DNA from: Octopus sinensis
Taxonomy: Eukaryota
Length of the DNA: 64,000 bases
Assembly: GCF_006345805.1 (NCBI RefSeq)
Contig: NC_043012.1
Location: 45,074,001 to 45,138,000, forward strand
Direction: 5' to 3'
Shown: piece by piece, positions 13,147 through 26,188 of the stretch
Layout: each line of letters begins with the position of its first letter
Numbering within the stretch: the stretch's first letter is position 1
Notes under the pieces: model-generated
Told to the model about the DNA's origin: nothing
The model's database searches: none
The model's input: only the letters and a program-made list of their open reading frames with translations
Translations under genes and position numbers: made by a program

Positions 13147-14256
13147 TACCCCAAAATTAAGGTAACCGAATTTTCAAGAGTTAATAACTATCATTGATAG
13201 TTATTAACTCATTATAAAAGCTTAGTGTGTTTTATTTTTGCTTCAGAGTAAATAGATTCAGATTTATAAATTAAATAATGGCTATAGACCGAAATAAAGC
13301 CATAACCTTCCACAAAGGAGGCAAAAGTAATACAGCTATACCGAACAAGCTTAAAATCAATCGAACAACAGTCTGGAAATTCGTCAAGAAATTTCACGAG
13401 ACTGGTTCCATGGCTGATCTACCTGGACGTGACCAAAAACGAAGTGTGCGTACCCCTCAGCGTATTAAAAGTACCAGAGAAAAGGTAGAGCAAAATCCTA
13501 GTGGTTCCATCAGAAAATTGACTGCCACAGCAAAAGTAAGCCCAACATTGACGTATCGAATGCCGAAGAAGAATCTCAGGACCCAAGCCTACAAGTTAAT
13601 ACGCCGTGAGGAGTTCACGTAACTTTATAAGGCCATGAGACTGGAGAGAAGGCGTCTAATCATGCGTCAGGTTACCATGAAAGGAAATTTAACATCAAAT
13701 GGACAACAAACCACCAGAACGACCGACTTTAGAGTGTATCTGTCTCTGTCAATTGTAAAGTCGTACACCGACGTCAAAATCTACAGTCAGTTATGGTTTG
13801 AGTGGCTGTGACAGCCATTACGAGGTCTCCCCTCGTTTTTGTACCCTCGGGTATTAAACTTAATACCCAGCGATACATTACCACATTCTGGAGTTTCCAA
13901 CAGGACTCGACATTATCCCACAGTTCGAAACAGACATAACACTGGATTCAGAAAAGCATTCCGTCGTTCATAGACAAGGATGTACGGCCCTCAAGAACCC
14001 CCAATCACAACCGGATTTTTCTGTTTGATTCATTTTGGAGACGAGAGTCTCGAGCAATCCTCATGCTTTGTGTCGTGTGTGAAGCATTCGCACATAAACT
14101 TAAGGCTGTGATTCAAAACAGAGGTATTCATATGGAATGTAGTAGGGTCATAACTGCGTTTCTTTACCATTGCATTACTACGCTCGGAGCCGAAATATAA
14201 CAATATTTTGCTTTGGGAAAATTATAAAAAGCTGGTTGCCTTCATTTTGGCTTGTA
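13147..14256 (+). mobile_element. Decayed Tc1/mariner-superfamily transposon, maT (DD37D)-like
   Basis: Imperfect TIRs (ccccaaaattaaggtaacc / ggttgccttcattttggcttg) lie in TA context. ORF 13278-13622 encodes a paired-HTH N-terminus (GRDQKRSVRTP...NPSGSIRKL). Downstream broken frames give NHQNDR, SVMV-VAVT...PLVFVPSGIKLN and FIDKDV-PSR-P. Confidence 0.8.
13278..13622 (+). pseudogene. Transposase N-terminal DNA-binding remnant
   Basis: The 114-aa ORF has Tc1/maT HTH character; the catalytic region downstream is frameshifted and deleted. Confidence 0.75.
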
Positions 14257-14386
14257 TATATATTTTGTATGTATGTAATGTATGTATGTATGTATGTATG
14301 TATGTATGTATGTATGTATGTATGTATGTATGTATGTATGTATGTATGTATGTATGTATGTATGTATTTAAGTATGCTTGTATGTA

Positions 14387-14429
<43 letters not shown>

Positions 14430-14713
14430 GTATATATATATATGTATATATGTATATATATATATATGTATATATATATATGTATATATATATATGTGCG
14501 TATGTATTTATATACATATGCGCCAGAATGGCTGTGTAGTAAGGAACTTGCTTCCCAGCCACGTGTTTCTTGGTACACTCCCATTACACGCAACCTTAGG
14601 CATATGTCTCCTACTATAAGTCAATTTGGCAAAAGGAAACTGAAAGAAACCCTTCCTATACATAAATACATACATTCATACATACATACATACATACATA
14701 TATTACTCTCTTT

Positions 14714-15131
14714 CTCTTTTACTTGTTTCAGTCATTTGACTGCGGCCATGCTTTAGCGCCGCCTTTAGTCGAGTAAATCGACCCCAGGACTTATTCTTTG
14801 TAAGCCTAGTACATATTCTATCGGTGTCTTTTGCCGAACCGCTAAGTTACGGGGACATGAACACACCAGCATCTGTTGTCAAGCGATGTTGGGAGGACAA
14901 ACACAGGCACACAAACACACACACACACACACACACACACCACACACACATATATATATATATACACGACAGGCTTCTTTCAGTTTCCGTCTACCAAATC
15001 CACTCACAAGGCTTTGGTCGGCCCGAGGCCATAGTAGAAGACACTTGCCCAAATTGCCACGCAGTGGGACAGAACCCGGAACCATGTGGTTGGTAAGCAA
15101 GCTACTTACCACACTTACCACTCCTGCGCCT
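14714..15131 (-). mobile_element. tRNA-derived SINE family B with internal (TA)/(CA) microsatellite
   Basis: The minus-strand head aggcgcaggagtgg...ggttccgggttctgtcccactgcgtggc is followed by gggcaagtgtcttctactat, an internal TA/TG tract and a 3' tail gcatggccgcagtcaaatgactgaaacaagtaaaag. It is repeated several times in the window. Confidence 0.85.
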
Positions 15132-15904
15132 ATATATATATCTATAGTACATATGTGGGAAAGTCTGTCTGTCTGTGTGTTTGTGCAGTTGTTAGCTAAC
15201 TCCTTCTACATCGTTTTATCGGTTTTGTTGAAACGTGACACCTGAGTAAAACTCATGTCTAAAAATCTGATGGCATACTCAGATTGTTGATAAAAATCTA
15301 TAATAGAGCCTCTGAAAGTGATCCTTATATATATCTAAAGTATTTCATTTTAAAAGCCAAGGGAAATAACCCATTCGTCCAGATTTTAACAGCCAAGGAA
15401 AATAATCCGTTCATTTTCCTAAATTATTTGGTATATATCAAATTGAATATGCTTATTTCTTAGTATTTGAACTGTTAGATTTATTTTCGCAATTTATCCA
15501 ATAAACCCTTAAACAAGTAAATAGTATTTTCCTAAACAATAAATCGACTTCTTTCGGTTAGCGAATAACACTAGCACCGCTGAGGGTAATATTCTGTGGG
15601 AACGCACAAAAGCCCTTTTCAGAGTTATTTACTTTGAATTGTTATTATCTCATATCTTATTAGCTTATTGCTACGTAACATGCTTCACAATTATAGTATA
15701 CACACTTAAGTTCTATATACTCATTTTCGGGTCTACTTTATTTGAACTCTTACTATCGGGTAACTATTTTCCTGTTATTACATAATTGACTTCACAATTT
15801 GGTATTCATAACTTATTGGAAATTCCTAAAAACAAGATCCTTTGTAAGACAGTTTGGTATTCTCTGTAAATGCACAAAAACCGTTTTAAGGGCTACATAC
15901 TTCG

Positions 15905-15995
15905 TGTTGTTGTTATTGGATTAGCGAAACAATTATGAGTACGGAACCTAGGGATAAACCCCGCTTTCCCGGGAATGACCGGGTACGTCAGCTAG
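15905..15995 (-). mobile_element. 5' fragment of a Helentron-type non-autonomous element
   Basis: The minus strand begins actagctgacgtacccggtcattcccggg, similar to the actag...cccggcgttgcccggg starts at 38684 and 54414. Confidence 0.45.
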
Positions 15996-16564
15996 TATAC
16001 ATATACATGGGTGTCTTTGTGTTAGTGTTTGTCTCCTACCACTGCTTGACAACCGGTGTAGATGTGCTTACGACCCCGTAACTTACCGGTTCGTCAAAAG
16101 ACCGGATAGAATGAGTACCAGACTTTAAAATAAAAGCACTGGCGTCAATTCTTTCGACTAAAATCATTCAAGGAGACACCTTAGCATGGCTGCAGTCTAA
16201 TGAGAGAAACAAGCAATTCGAAAGAAACAGGAATAAATAACACAAGACACCTTTATTAAAAGACGTCAGTGTAATAGCGGGAACGTAGAGAACGGCAATA
16301 AAATCTATGACATTTCTCTACGTACTTCCTAGAACTGAGTTCACATTTATCTTTGTGAAACTATAAGAAACAGGTTATTAAATAGACATTTGTGAATAGA
16401 CAAACTGAGGCCAAGATCTAGTTTCAGCTCCCATTTATAGTTATTTCACTTTCTTGATGTCATCGATTCGCGCGAAATACAGCAATTTTACAACTAATTT
16501 ATGACATATTTAGTTTCGTAATATTTATACCAGAGTGTTGGCTCAATTATCTTTTAGCATTCAC

Positions 16565-17020
16565 ATCTTTCAGTAATCAGACTGCAGTCTTGCTGGGGTA
16601 CCGCCTTCATGGATTTTAGTCGAATAAATCGATTCCCGCTCTGATTCTTTGAGGCCTGCTACTTTCTTATGATTTCGAGCTTATAAGCCGAACCACTAAG
16701 TTACGGAGACGTAATCAAATCAACGCCATACTTCAAGCGGTGGCAGGGTAAAACGTAACAAGGATCACACACACGCACACACACACACATACACTCACAT
16801 ACATACAAACATGCATACACACAAACACATACACATACATACACAATACACATACATGTATATACAAGCACACATATTCGATAGGTTTCCTTCAGTTTCT
16901 ATATACCAAATCGACTCACAAGACTTTGGTCGGCGCAGGGCTATAGTAGAAGACACTTGCCCAAGCTTTCATTCTGTGGTACTGAATTCGAAGCAATGTT
17001 TCGAAAACAAACTTCTTACT
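16565..17020 (-). mobile_element. SINE family B, diverged copy
   Basis: It shares tagtagaagacacttgcccaag, ttagtcgaataaatcga and ccgaaccactaagttacgg with 14714-15131. Confidence 0.7.
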
Positions 17021-17315
17021 GTTACTCTGTTTAATTATATCGCCACTTGAATCACCACTGCACTCCATTTTGTTGTACTCCTCTTTGAGGTTGAAGAATG
17101 CATCACTAGTGAAAAATTTATGCATTCTTTGTACAGTGTTCTTCTGCATAATAAAAAAGACATTAATGCAACACACTACTGTTTTGAATGATAGGAGTAA
17201 AAGTAGAATTAATCGGGTACTAACCAGATTAAATGGCTTCGAGATCCCGTCTTTCACTTCGCCGTTCATTTTGACATTTTTTCATTTGGATTCGACAAGA
17301 TTAAATACAATATTA

Positions 17316-17668
17316 CACTAACCCAGGGGTCGGGGAAATTTTTTAACCATTTACCCACAAAATATTTATTGACGCCGATGCTACCCATTTAACTTGAAAG
17401 GAAGAAAATCATAGATACTTTGAATTCGAAAGGCTTATTGAATCTATTTATATAGAGGCAAACGAGAAAGCATACGACTGATCTGTAATACTCATACTTA
17501 CAACATGTGGCCTTCTTTGAAAATCGTTGGCGAGACTTAATTGTCATATTCGACATAAATATTATGACTGACAAAGAAAAGTACGTTGTCGGAGCCTCAT
17601 ACGTTGAAACTGACTAAATACACTTTGGAGTAAATGTTTAAAAGAGTTCCCCGACCCCTGGGTTAGTG
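17316..17668. mobile_element. 353-bp MITE with perfect 22-bp TIRs beginning CACTA, flanked by TA
   Basis: CACTAACCCAGGGGTCGGGGAA at 17316-17337 and its exact reverse complement at 17647-17668, with TA on both sides. Confidence 0.85.
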
Positions 17669-18134
17669 TATATGTTTTTATCTTATATTTAATTTTTTCT
17701 ATAGGATGTAATTTTTTTCGATATGGTATAATTCAATTTTTTCATTGTTGAATTGGTAAAAGGTGTTTTTTTTCTAATATATATATATATGTATATATAT
17801 TATATTTTGTGAAATTTGATTTAGTATTACTATTTTTCCCTGTAGGTTTGGAATGATATTTCCTAATATTATTATATATATATAGTGAGAGAGAGATAAA
17901 GAGAGAGAGACACTATATGTTTTTCGGTAGGCGTGACGAGGAATTGGTAAATCAATCAATTGAAGGTACATAAGCTCACGTGTGCAAACCAGCATTATCA
18001 ATCGGTAGGAGTAAACACAGTTACCCGCTTGGATATTATATCTCCGTCAACTAAAAAAAAAAGATTTCGAAAATCTTGGAAACTTGACTATATATATGTA
18101 TATATATATATATATGCAAGTATGGATGTGTATA

Positions 18135-18340
18135 CGATAATTCCTCAACTATACCGGGTGTTACGCTCCAAAGCAACCCGCGATGTGTGAAAACCCGCGA
18201 GATAGAAACAGTACTGTTCTGCATATTTTTAAAATTATTTTTATAATTTGTATATACTTATTTTATTATAAATGCTAAACAACACCACGGAGGACACAAC
18301 GTAGGCTTAAATAATAAACCGCGATATGGCGAGGGATTAC

Positions 18341-18342
<2 letters not shown>
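18135..18342. mobile_element. Small pogo/Tigger-like MITE
   Basis: Imperfect TIRs (cgataattcctcaactataccggg vs reverse complement tagtaatccctcgccatatcgcgg) lie in TA context and resemble CAGT-type pogo termini. Confidence 0.5.
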
Positions 18343-18395
<53 letters not shown>

Positions 18396-18398
18396 TAT

Positions 18399-18447
<49 letters not shown>

Positions 18448-18540
18448 TAGGTAAGGAAAATTTTTTTTAAAAATGCAGAATGCTCAAATGAAAGAAAATT
18501 TTAATAAAATGAGAAAATGATAAAATATATAATATATATT

Positions 18541-18581
18541 TATTCAACCGGTTTTCGTCATTGTATGACTTGTCAAGAATA
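18541..18581 (-). ncRNA. Minimal hammerhead-like motif with U3/A8 core variant in the Penelope 3' UTR
   Basis: Reads TATTC-TTGACAA-GTCA(TACAA)TGAC-GAAA-ACCGGT-T-GAATA, giving a 5-bp stem I, a 4-bp stem II and a palindromic stem III. It has one extra A relative to the canonical core. Confidence 0.5.
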
Positions 18582-19212
18582 TTTATGTTTTAAGAAGTTT
18601 TTTTAAAAATTAGAAAGGGGAAAAAAGAAAATTGCATTGTTTTTTGTAAAAGAATAATGATAAAAATGTACAAAAATTAAAAAATAAGTTCTCCGATACA
18701 TTGTGAGTTCGTTGTGTATCTTGAGTTTTATGGTTGTTTACCAAAAAATTACCTTGAGGTGTTAAGATCCAAAGGGATTAAGAGCATGTGATGTGTTGTG
18801 TTGTTAAATTCAGCATGTTGCAGGACAGGAAGTAGTAGTAATTGTGGTCCTGGTTCTTCAGTTCCTGTGTTGTGGGTAAGGGGAGACAACTCTTTTGAGT
18901 TCTTCAATAAAACCCAAATTATAAAACTATCATTTTAGCTTCATTTGCATTATCTTTTTTATATAATTGCTTGTTAACTTAACTTTCAGATTTTAACACT
19001 TTATTTATATTATTTTCTAATAATATAAATCTGCATAGACAATTGCATTTCAAATTGTCATATCATTTATAATAAAAATGATAGTAATAACAACAATAGT
19101 AAAAATGATATTTAAAGAATATAAGTTTTAGCTTGAAGTGATGAATGCATGGTATCTTTATATATTTGTGTTAGTCCATCCATGAAGAGTGAGGTAGAGA
19201 AAGGAAGTTTGA

Positions 19213-20661
19213 TCAACGAGGAGTTTGCATATTAAGTTGTGTTTGGAATTTTTCAATAAAGAGATTCTCCTTGTTAATTCTCTCCTGTGTGGTGATCCCG
19301 TCTTTACATTGGTAGAAGGGGAATATATAGAATTTGGGGTTTAAGTCTTTAGCACATGAGTCTAAGTGGTCACTCAGTGGAATTTGTCGGTATTCCGGGA
19401 GATTTATTTGTTCTTTATGCACCGTTACTCGTTTACGTAACGGGATACTCGTTTGTCCAACATAATTATGTTGGCAACCAGCGCATGTGAGAACGTAGAT
19501 AAGGTTCTCGGAGGAACAGGAGAAGTTAGTCTTGATTTTAAACTTCGTACCTTGTTTGAAGGTAAATTCAGAGCCTTCAAGTAGAAAGGGGCAGGTACCA
19601 CAGTTTGAGCGTGCACATGTTTTTACTGTTGGGGGTGGATGTGGTGTGTGAAGTTTGGCATTTGTCAAGAGTTTTTTTAAAGATTTGTGTTGCCTTTTGC
19701 ATTTGAGGATTTTGTGTGTATTTATAATGTTTTTCATTTTTGGGTCTGTTGACAGTAGACTGAGGTTTTGTATGATTGTGGTGTATGCTTCGATATTTTT
19801 GGGGTTGTGGGTGGAAATGTATGGAAGTATTTTGAGGTTGTGTGTGGTGTTAGGTTGGGTGGTTTTCAGTGTAGTGTTGTCTAGTTCTTTGGCGCGTTTT
19901 ATTCCATACTCTATAAGGGTGGAGGGATATTGACGTTGTAATAGTGTTTTTTTGAGGTCTTGAAGGCGTATTTCTCGTGTTTTTGGATCCGAGACAATGG
20001 TGCATACCCTTTTAGCTAATTGAAAGGGATATTTGTCTTGGTGTGTTTTGGGTGGCATGAACTAAAGAGGAGGTATTGTTGTGAGTCTGTAGGTTTGTGG
20101 TAGATGTCTGTTATGATTTGGTTCTTAGGTGTTTTTATAATTAGGAGATCAAGGAATGGGAGATGATGTTTGCTTAATTCCATAGTGAATTGGATGTTGG
20201 GATGTATGTTGTTTAGTATGGTTTTGAATTCCAGGAGTTTTTCATAAGGTTCTTTCCATATGATGAAACAATCATCTAAATACCTTTTCCAGTTTTCCAT
20301 TAGGTAGGTGTGGAAAACATGTCCAAATTTCTGGCTTGATATTTCATAGAGTGACAGTTCGAAGTAACCCATTATGAGGTTCGCAAGGACTGGTGCAGCC
20401 TTGGTACCCATCGCAATGCCACATTTTTTACGGTAGTGTGTGTCGTCGAAGAGAAAAAAATTGTTTGTCAGAATGAACTTAAGAGATTCTGTAATAAAAG
20501 ACTTGTTAATGCGGTCAGGGAATGTCTCTGGGTGTTTTTCTAGCCAGAAGTCAATTGCCTCTATACCATACTCGTGTGGAATGTTGGTGTAGAGGTTGAT
20601 GACATCAAAGGATACCAGGAGTGCCTCCTCGTTAACTGTTTTCGGGAGGTGTTTGAGCATG
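19213..20661 (-). pseudogene. Penelope RT (from motif A)-GIY-YIG ORF with one 1-bp frameshift near 20020
   Basis: ORFs 20016-20684 and 19213-20058. The frameshift is a missing T in caattt relative to the other arm (20922-20927). Confidence 0.9.
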
Positions 20662-22478
20662 TATTTAGATGATTGTTTCATCATATGGAAAGAACCTTAT
20701 GAAAAACTCCTGGAATTCAAAACCATACTAAACAACATACATCCCAACATCCAATTCACTATGGAATTAAGCAAACATCATCTCCCATTCCTTGATCTCC
20801 TAATTATAAAAACACCTAAGAACCAAATCATAACAGACATCTACCACAAACCTACAGACTCACAACAATACCTCCTCTTTAGTTCATGCCACCCAAAACA
20901 CACCAAGACAAATATCCCTTTCAATTTAGCTAAAAGGGTATGCACCATTGTCTCGGATCCAAAAACACGAGAAATACGCCTTCAAGACCTCAAAAAAACA
21001 CTATTACAACGTCAATATCCCTCCACCCTTATAGAGTATGGAATAAAACGCGCCAAAGAACTAGACAACACTACACTGAAAACCACCCAACCTAACACCA
21101 CACACAACCTCAAAATACTTCCATACATTTCCACCCACAACCCCAAAAATATCGAAGCATACACCAATCATACAAAACCTCAGTCTACTGTCAACAGACC
21201 CAAAAATGAAAAACATTATAAATACACACAAAATCCTCAAATGCAAAAGGCAACACAAATCTTTAAAAAAAACTTTGACAAATGCCAAACTTCACACACC
21301 ACATCCACCCCCAACAGTAAAAGCATGTGCACGCTCAAACTGTGGTACCTGCCCCTTTCTACTTGAAGGCTCTGAATTTACCTTCAAACAAGGTACGAAG
21401 TTTAAAATCAAGACTAACTTCTCCTGTTCCTCCGAGAACCTTATCTACGTTCTCACATGCGCTGGTTGCCAACATAATTATGTTGGACAAACGAGTATCC
21501 CGTTACGTAAACGAGTAACGGTGCATAAAGAAAAAATAAATCTCCCGGAATACCGACAAATTCCACTGAGTGACCACTTAGACTCATGTGCTAAAGACTT
21601 AAACCCCAAATTCTATATATTCCCTTCTACCAATGTAAAGACGGGATCACCACACAGGAGAGAATAACAAGGAGAATCTCTTTATTGAAAAATTCCAAAC
21701 ACAACTTAATATGCAAACTCCTCGTTGATCAAACTTCCTTTCTCTACCTCACTCTTCATGGATGGACTAACACAAATATATAGATACCATGCATTCATCA
21801 CTTCAAGCTAAAACTTATATTCTTTAAATATCATTTTTACTATTGTTGTTATTACTATCATTTTTATTATAAATGATATGACATTTGAAATGCAATTGTC
21901 TATGCAGATTTATATATTAGAAAATAATATAAATAAAGTGTTAAAATCTGAAAGTTAAGTAACAAGCAATTATATAAAAAAGATAATGCAAATGAAGCTA
22001 AAAGATAGTTTTATAATTTGGGTTTTATTGAAGAACTCAAAAGAGTTGTCTCCCCTTACCCACAACACAGGAACTGAAGAACCAGGACCACAATTACTAC
22101 TACTTCCTGTCAACATGCTGAATTAACAACACAACACATCACATGCTCTTAATCCTTTGGATCTTAACACCTCAAGGTAATTTTTTGGTAAACAACCATA
22201 AAACTCAAGATACACAACGAACTCACAATGTATCGGAGAACTTATTTTTTAATTTTTGTACATTTTTATCATTATTCTTTTACAAAAAACAATGCAATTT
22301 TCTTTTTCCCCTTTCTAATTTTTAAAATAACTTCTTAAAACATAAATATTCTGGACAAGTCATACAATGACGAAAACCGGTTGAATAAATATATATTTAT
22401 ATATTTTATCATTTTCTCATTTTATTAAAATTTTCTTTCATTTGAGCATTCTGCATTTTAAAAAAAATTTTTCCTTAC
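20661..22478 (+). mobile_element. Penelope-like retroelement, plus arm of the fold-back (inverted copy of 18451-20283)
   Basis: It starts at the YLDD codons and continues through the GIY-YIG domain (ORFs 20596-21366 and 21206-21667, several small indels) and the same 3' UTR. Confidence 0.95.
22347..22387 (+). ncRNA. Second copy of the hammerhead-like motif (core reads TGGACAA)
   Basis: Inverted-arm copy of 18541-18581 with one core substitution. Confidence 0.35.
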
Positions 22479-22544
22479 TTATCATTTCTCCACGTGCGGT
22501 CAACACAACACCACCATTTATTGATCTATATATATATATATATT

Positions 22545-22604
<60 letters not shown>

Positions 22605-22780
22605 CATTGCTTTGCTCTTGTTCTACATAAAATTCTGTCTGAAACCCGATATTTCATAGAATAATACAAATTAATTGTTGTACTTAAATCTTATTACTAG
22701 CTTACATTTTCGTTACTTTGCTATTAGTTGCTTTGTAAGATAATTTAAATGCAAAACAAATAATGATAAAGAACAAAAGT

Positions 22781-22828
<48 letters not shown>

Positions 22829-22979
22829 ATTCTCATACTCCTGCTCTATTCAGGAATTTTTTTGTTGAATCAAAGATTAATAGGAAGTCCAGTTTGCAGT
22901 GAAGCGCTAAATCGCGATTCTATCGTGTCAAGTATAACATGTAGCTTTATAATACCGAGATACTTTTTTCAATGTGTGT

Positions 22980-22982
22980 ATG

Positions 22983-23016
<34 letters not shown>

Positions 23017-23107
23017 TGTGTGTATGTATGTATGTATGTATGTATGTATGTATGTATGTATGTATGTATGTATGTATCTATCTGTCAGTCTGTCTATCTA
23101 TCTATCT

Positions 23108-23147
<40 letters not shown>

Positions 23148-23197
23148 GTATATCTATCTCTCGATTATCTATCATATATCTATCTATCATCTATCTG

Positions 23198-23228
<31 letters not shown>

Positions 23229-23241
23229 CTATCTATTATCT

Positions 23242-23278
<37 letters not shown>

Positions 23279-23286
23279 ATATCTAC

Positions 23287-23347
<61 letters not shown>

Positions 23348-23400
23348 CATCTATCTATCTATCTATCTATCTATCTATGTATCTATCTATCTGTCTATCC

Positions 23401-23494
<94 letters not shown>

Positions 23495-23495
23495 A

Positions 23496-23542
<47 letters not shown>

Positions 23543-23560
23543 ATATCTATCTATCTATCT
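22980..23560. repeat. Long compound (TATG)n-(TATC)n tetranucleotide array
   Basis: Seen directly. Confidence 0.98.
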
Positions 23561-24837
23561 ATGAACTCTACCTCTGCCCCTAGCTCTGTGTGTGCGTGTG
23601 TTTTTGTATAGTAAAAAAAGAATAAAACCTAAATATTAAATTATTCATAATACATAAAAGTTACAAAACATAGCTGAGGAAAAACAAAATTTAGAATACG
23701 AAAAAATCCTCGTAATAAAATAGAGATACTATACACAAAGTATAGATGTGTGTGTGTGTGTGTGTGTATGGTTGTATATACACATGCACGCACACATATA
23801 TATATATATTCCTAAAACTTATTTCGTTCTTGCATTCATTGCTACATATTGGACGTAAAAGATTGCCGTGCCTCTATTGTTAGATCAGATCAACTTAAAT
23901 AGAAACTGGGAAAATAAAAGAATTTAAAGAATAATGAAACCCTGCAGAATATGGCAACCAGATCTCGTTGAATAATCTCACCATATCTGTCTCTGCAGTG
24001 CTATTTCACTGGATGCTTACAAATAATTTCGCTGAATGATTTTCCAACATACAATTGTTCAGAAACTGGGAATTGTATTATAAAAGGAAACGTGGTTGGA
24101 CTTTATTTTCTCTACAAAAGGAAGGACAAAATTGAGTTGCTTACAATTTGTATGCTTCTTGATTTTATATCCAATAGAAGAAACTAGCAACCCTTTAGAA
24201 TATAAACTCCCAAATACAGGCTCGCATACATATATGTGTATGTATATGCATACATACACTCGTACATTCAAATATGCTTCTTTTACTTTATGTGTGCGGA
24301 TATTTGTATTTTAATATATTTAGAAGTTGCTCTTCCTGCTATGTGCATGTCTGTGGGTGTGTATGTACGTACATATGTATGCATCCTCTCTTTCCATCAC
24401 TCACACAAACACGACACACACATCCTTAATGCATGTATATATATATATATATATATGTACGATATGTACCTGTATATATGTTTGAGTGTATATGCTTGTA
24501 TGTGTGTATGTACGCATGTGTAGGCGTGTATCTGTAGGTGCATATATGTATAATCACAGATTCAAACACATCTTTAGCATTCCACGAAATGTATCAACAC
24601 TAACATGCCATATTCACACAAGAAGCTGTGACCTTAAGCCTGTATGTTCTTAAATATTTATCTCTTTCTGTAGTTTGGTTTCTGTCTCTTTGTCATAGCT
24701 GAAGACACTGCAATTAACTTTCCCTACACTGGCAATCCCGCATATATTAACAGCTCATACTGGTGCATAAACTCACTCATGTTATATCACTAATATTGTT
24801 TATTACACAAACACACACACACATATACACACGCATA

Positions 24838-25106
24838 TAGGATTAAATGTAAGAAGACGCAAGTTAGGCAAGTCAGTATACAAAAATATTAAATACATTT
24901 AATACAAAAAATTTACATACGTTTATATGTATAAAGGTCTGACTTACACAATGGAAATGATATCAGGAATTAAAGGTGTTGAATAAGAGTTTTAGGAGTC
25001 CAACAGCTAGTCCTGGCACCTTGGTGGTTCAAAATAATGATTGTATATTTACAATCATTTTTGTATCGACTTGCCTAACTTGCTTGTCCTTACATTTACT
25101 CCTCTA
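24838..25106. mobile_element. ~270-bp MITE with ~50-bp imperfect TIRs
   Basis: Left end ggattaaatgtaagaagacgcaagttaggcaagtcagtatacaaaaat; right end reverse complement ggagtaaatgtaaggacaagcaagttaggcaagtcgatacaaaaat. Confidence 0.75.
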
Positions 25107-25187
25107 CCTGCTCAAGTTTAAATCACTTGAACACTAAGAAGTGTATTCAATACAGAGAATAACTGTATCAATCGGTATATATATATA

Positions 25188-25257
<70 letters not shown>

Positions 25258-26188
25258 TATATATTATATATATATATATTCATATATGTGTGTGCGCATG
25301 AAGGCGCGTTGCTTAGTGGTTAGGATATTCGCTCCCGATTGTAAGGTCGTGAATTCCTTATTTTTTATAGCTCAAATAGTGGTACGTACAAAAGGTAAGT
25401 GTGATTTCCGTTGTCACTGCCTAATATTTCCTGATATTGAACTTTCAAAATATTTTCTTTCTCATCTTACTCAAGATCTCTTGTTTTTTATAAATAGGAG
25501 AGAGATGGAAAAAAGATAGAGAGTAAGAGAAAGAGAGGGAGAGTCCGAGAGAAAGGAAGAGTAAGAGAGTGGGAATATGAGAGAGAAAGGAGAGAGAAAC
25601 AAAGAGGGAGAATGTGACGATAAGCAAGAGAAAGTAACAACCACACCCTCACCCGCGCGTAGAGTGGGTCACCTTAAGCTAGTATAGATAATAATATTGT
25701 TATTATTATCGAAAGGAATACAAATAGTTTATAACAACAGTTTTAATGGTTGCAGGCCAATATCAGCATTATATAGCCATAGAATTAGAATTACATTAAT
25801 TAAAGGAAACATTAAATTGTCTATCCGCTGGAAATAAGAGTTAAATCCCTCATTCGGACCACTAAATATAGACATATATACCTGTTCCGTTAAATATATA
25901 ACTTTATGCTATATGTAGATCTTTGCGAGAGATCTTTTGGTTCGCTTGCCCGAATACTGCTGAATCTGTTATTCTCAATGTAAATATTTTTTGGTAGTCC
26001 AAATGAGGGTTTTGACTGTTATTTCTAGCTAGTAAACAGTTTCATGTGTCTTTTGATTAATGTAATTATACACGGTTATTCAAACAGAACGAATCGATTT
26101 CTTTACGCAATATTTTAATAAGGAAAAGCGATAGAAAACTCTAGCAAAGTCACAAGTGTTTACTTACAATCAAATTTTATTTCCTGCC

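Larger units (their letters stand above)
18451..20661 (-). mobile_element. Penelope-like retroelement, 5'-truncated, minus arm of a fold-back
   Basis: RT motifs SFDVINLYTNIP, GIAMGTKAAP and RYLDDCFIIW are followed by the GIY-YIG endonuclease region (CARSNCGTC, NLIYVLTC...YVGQT...RKRVTVH) and a ~760-bp 3' UTR ending at (TA)n. Confidence 0.95.

Noticed and set aside
16916-17269. 117-aa minus-strand ORF
   Set aside because: No recognisable motif, and it runs into a SINE at its 3' end.
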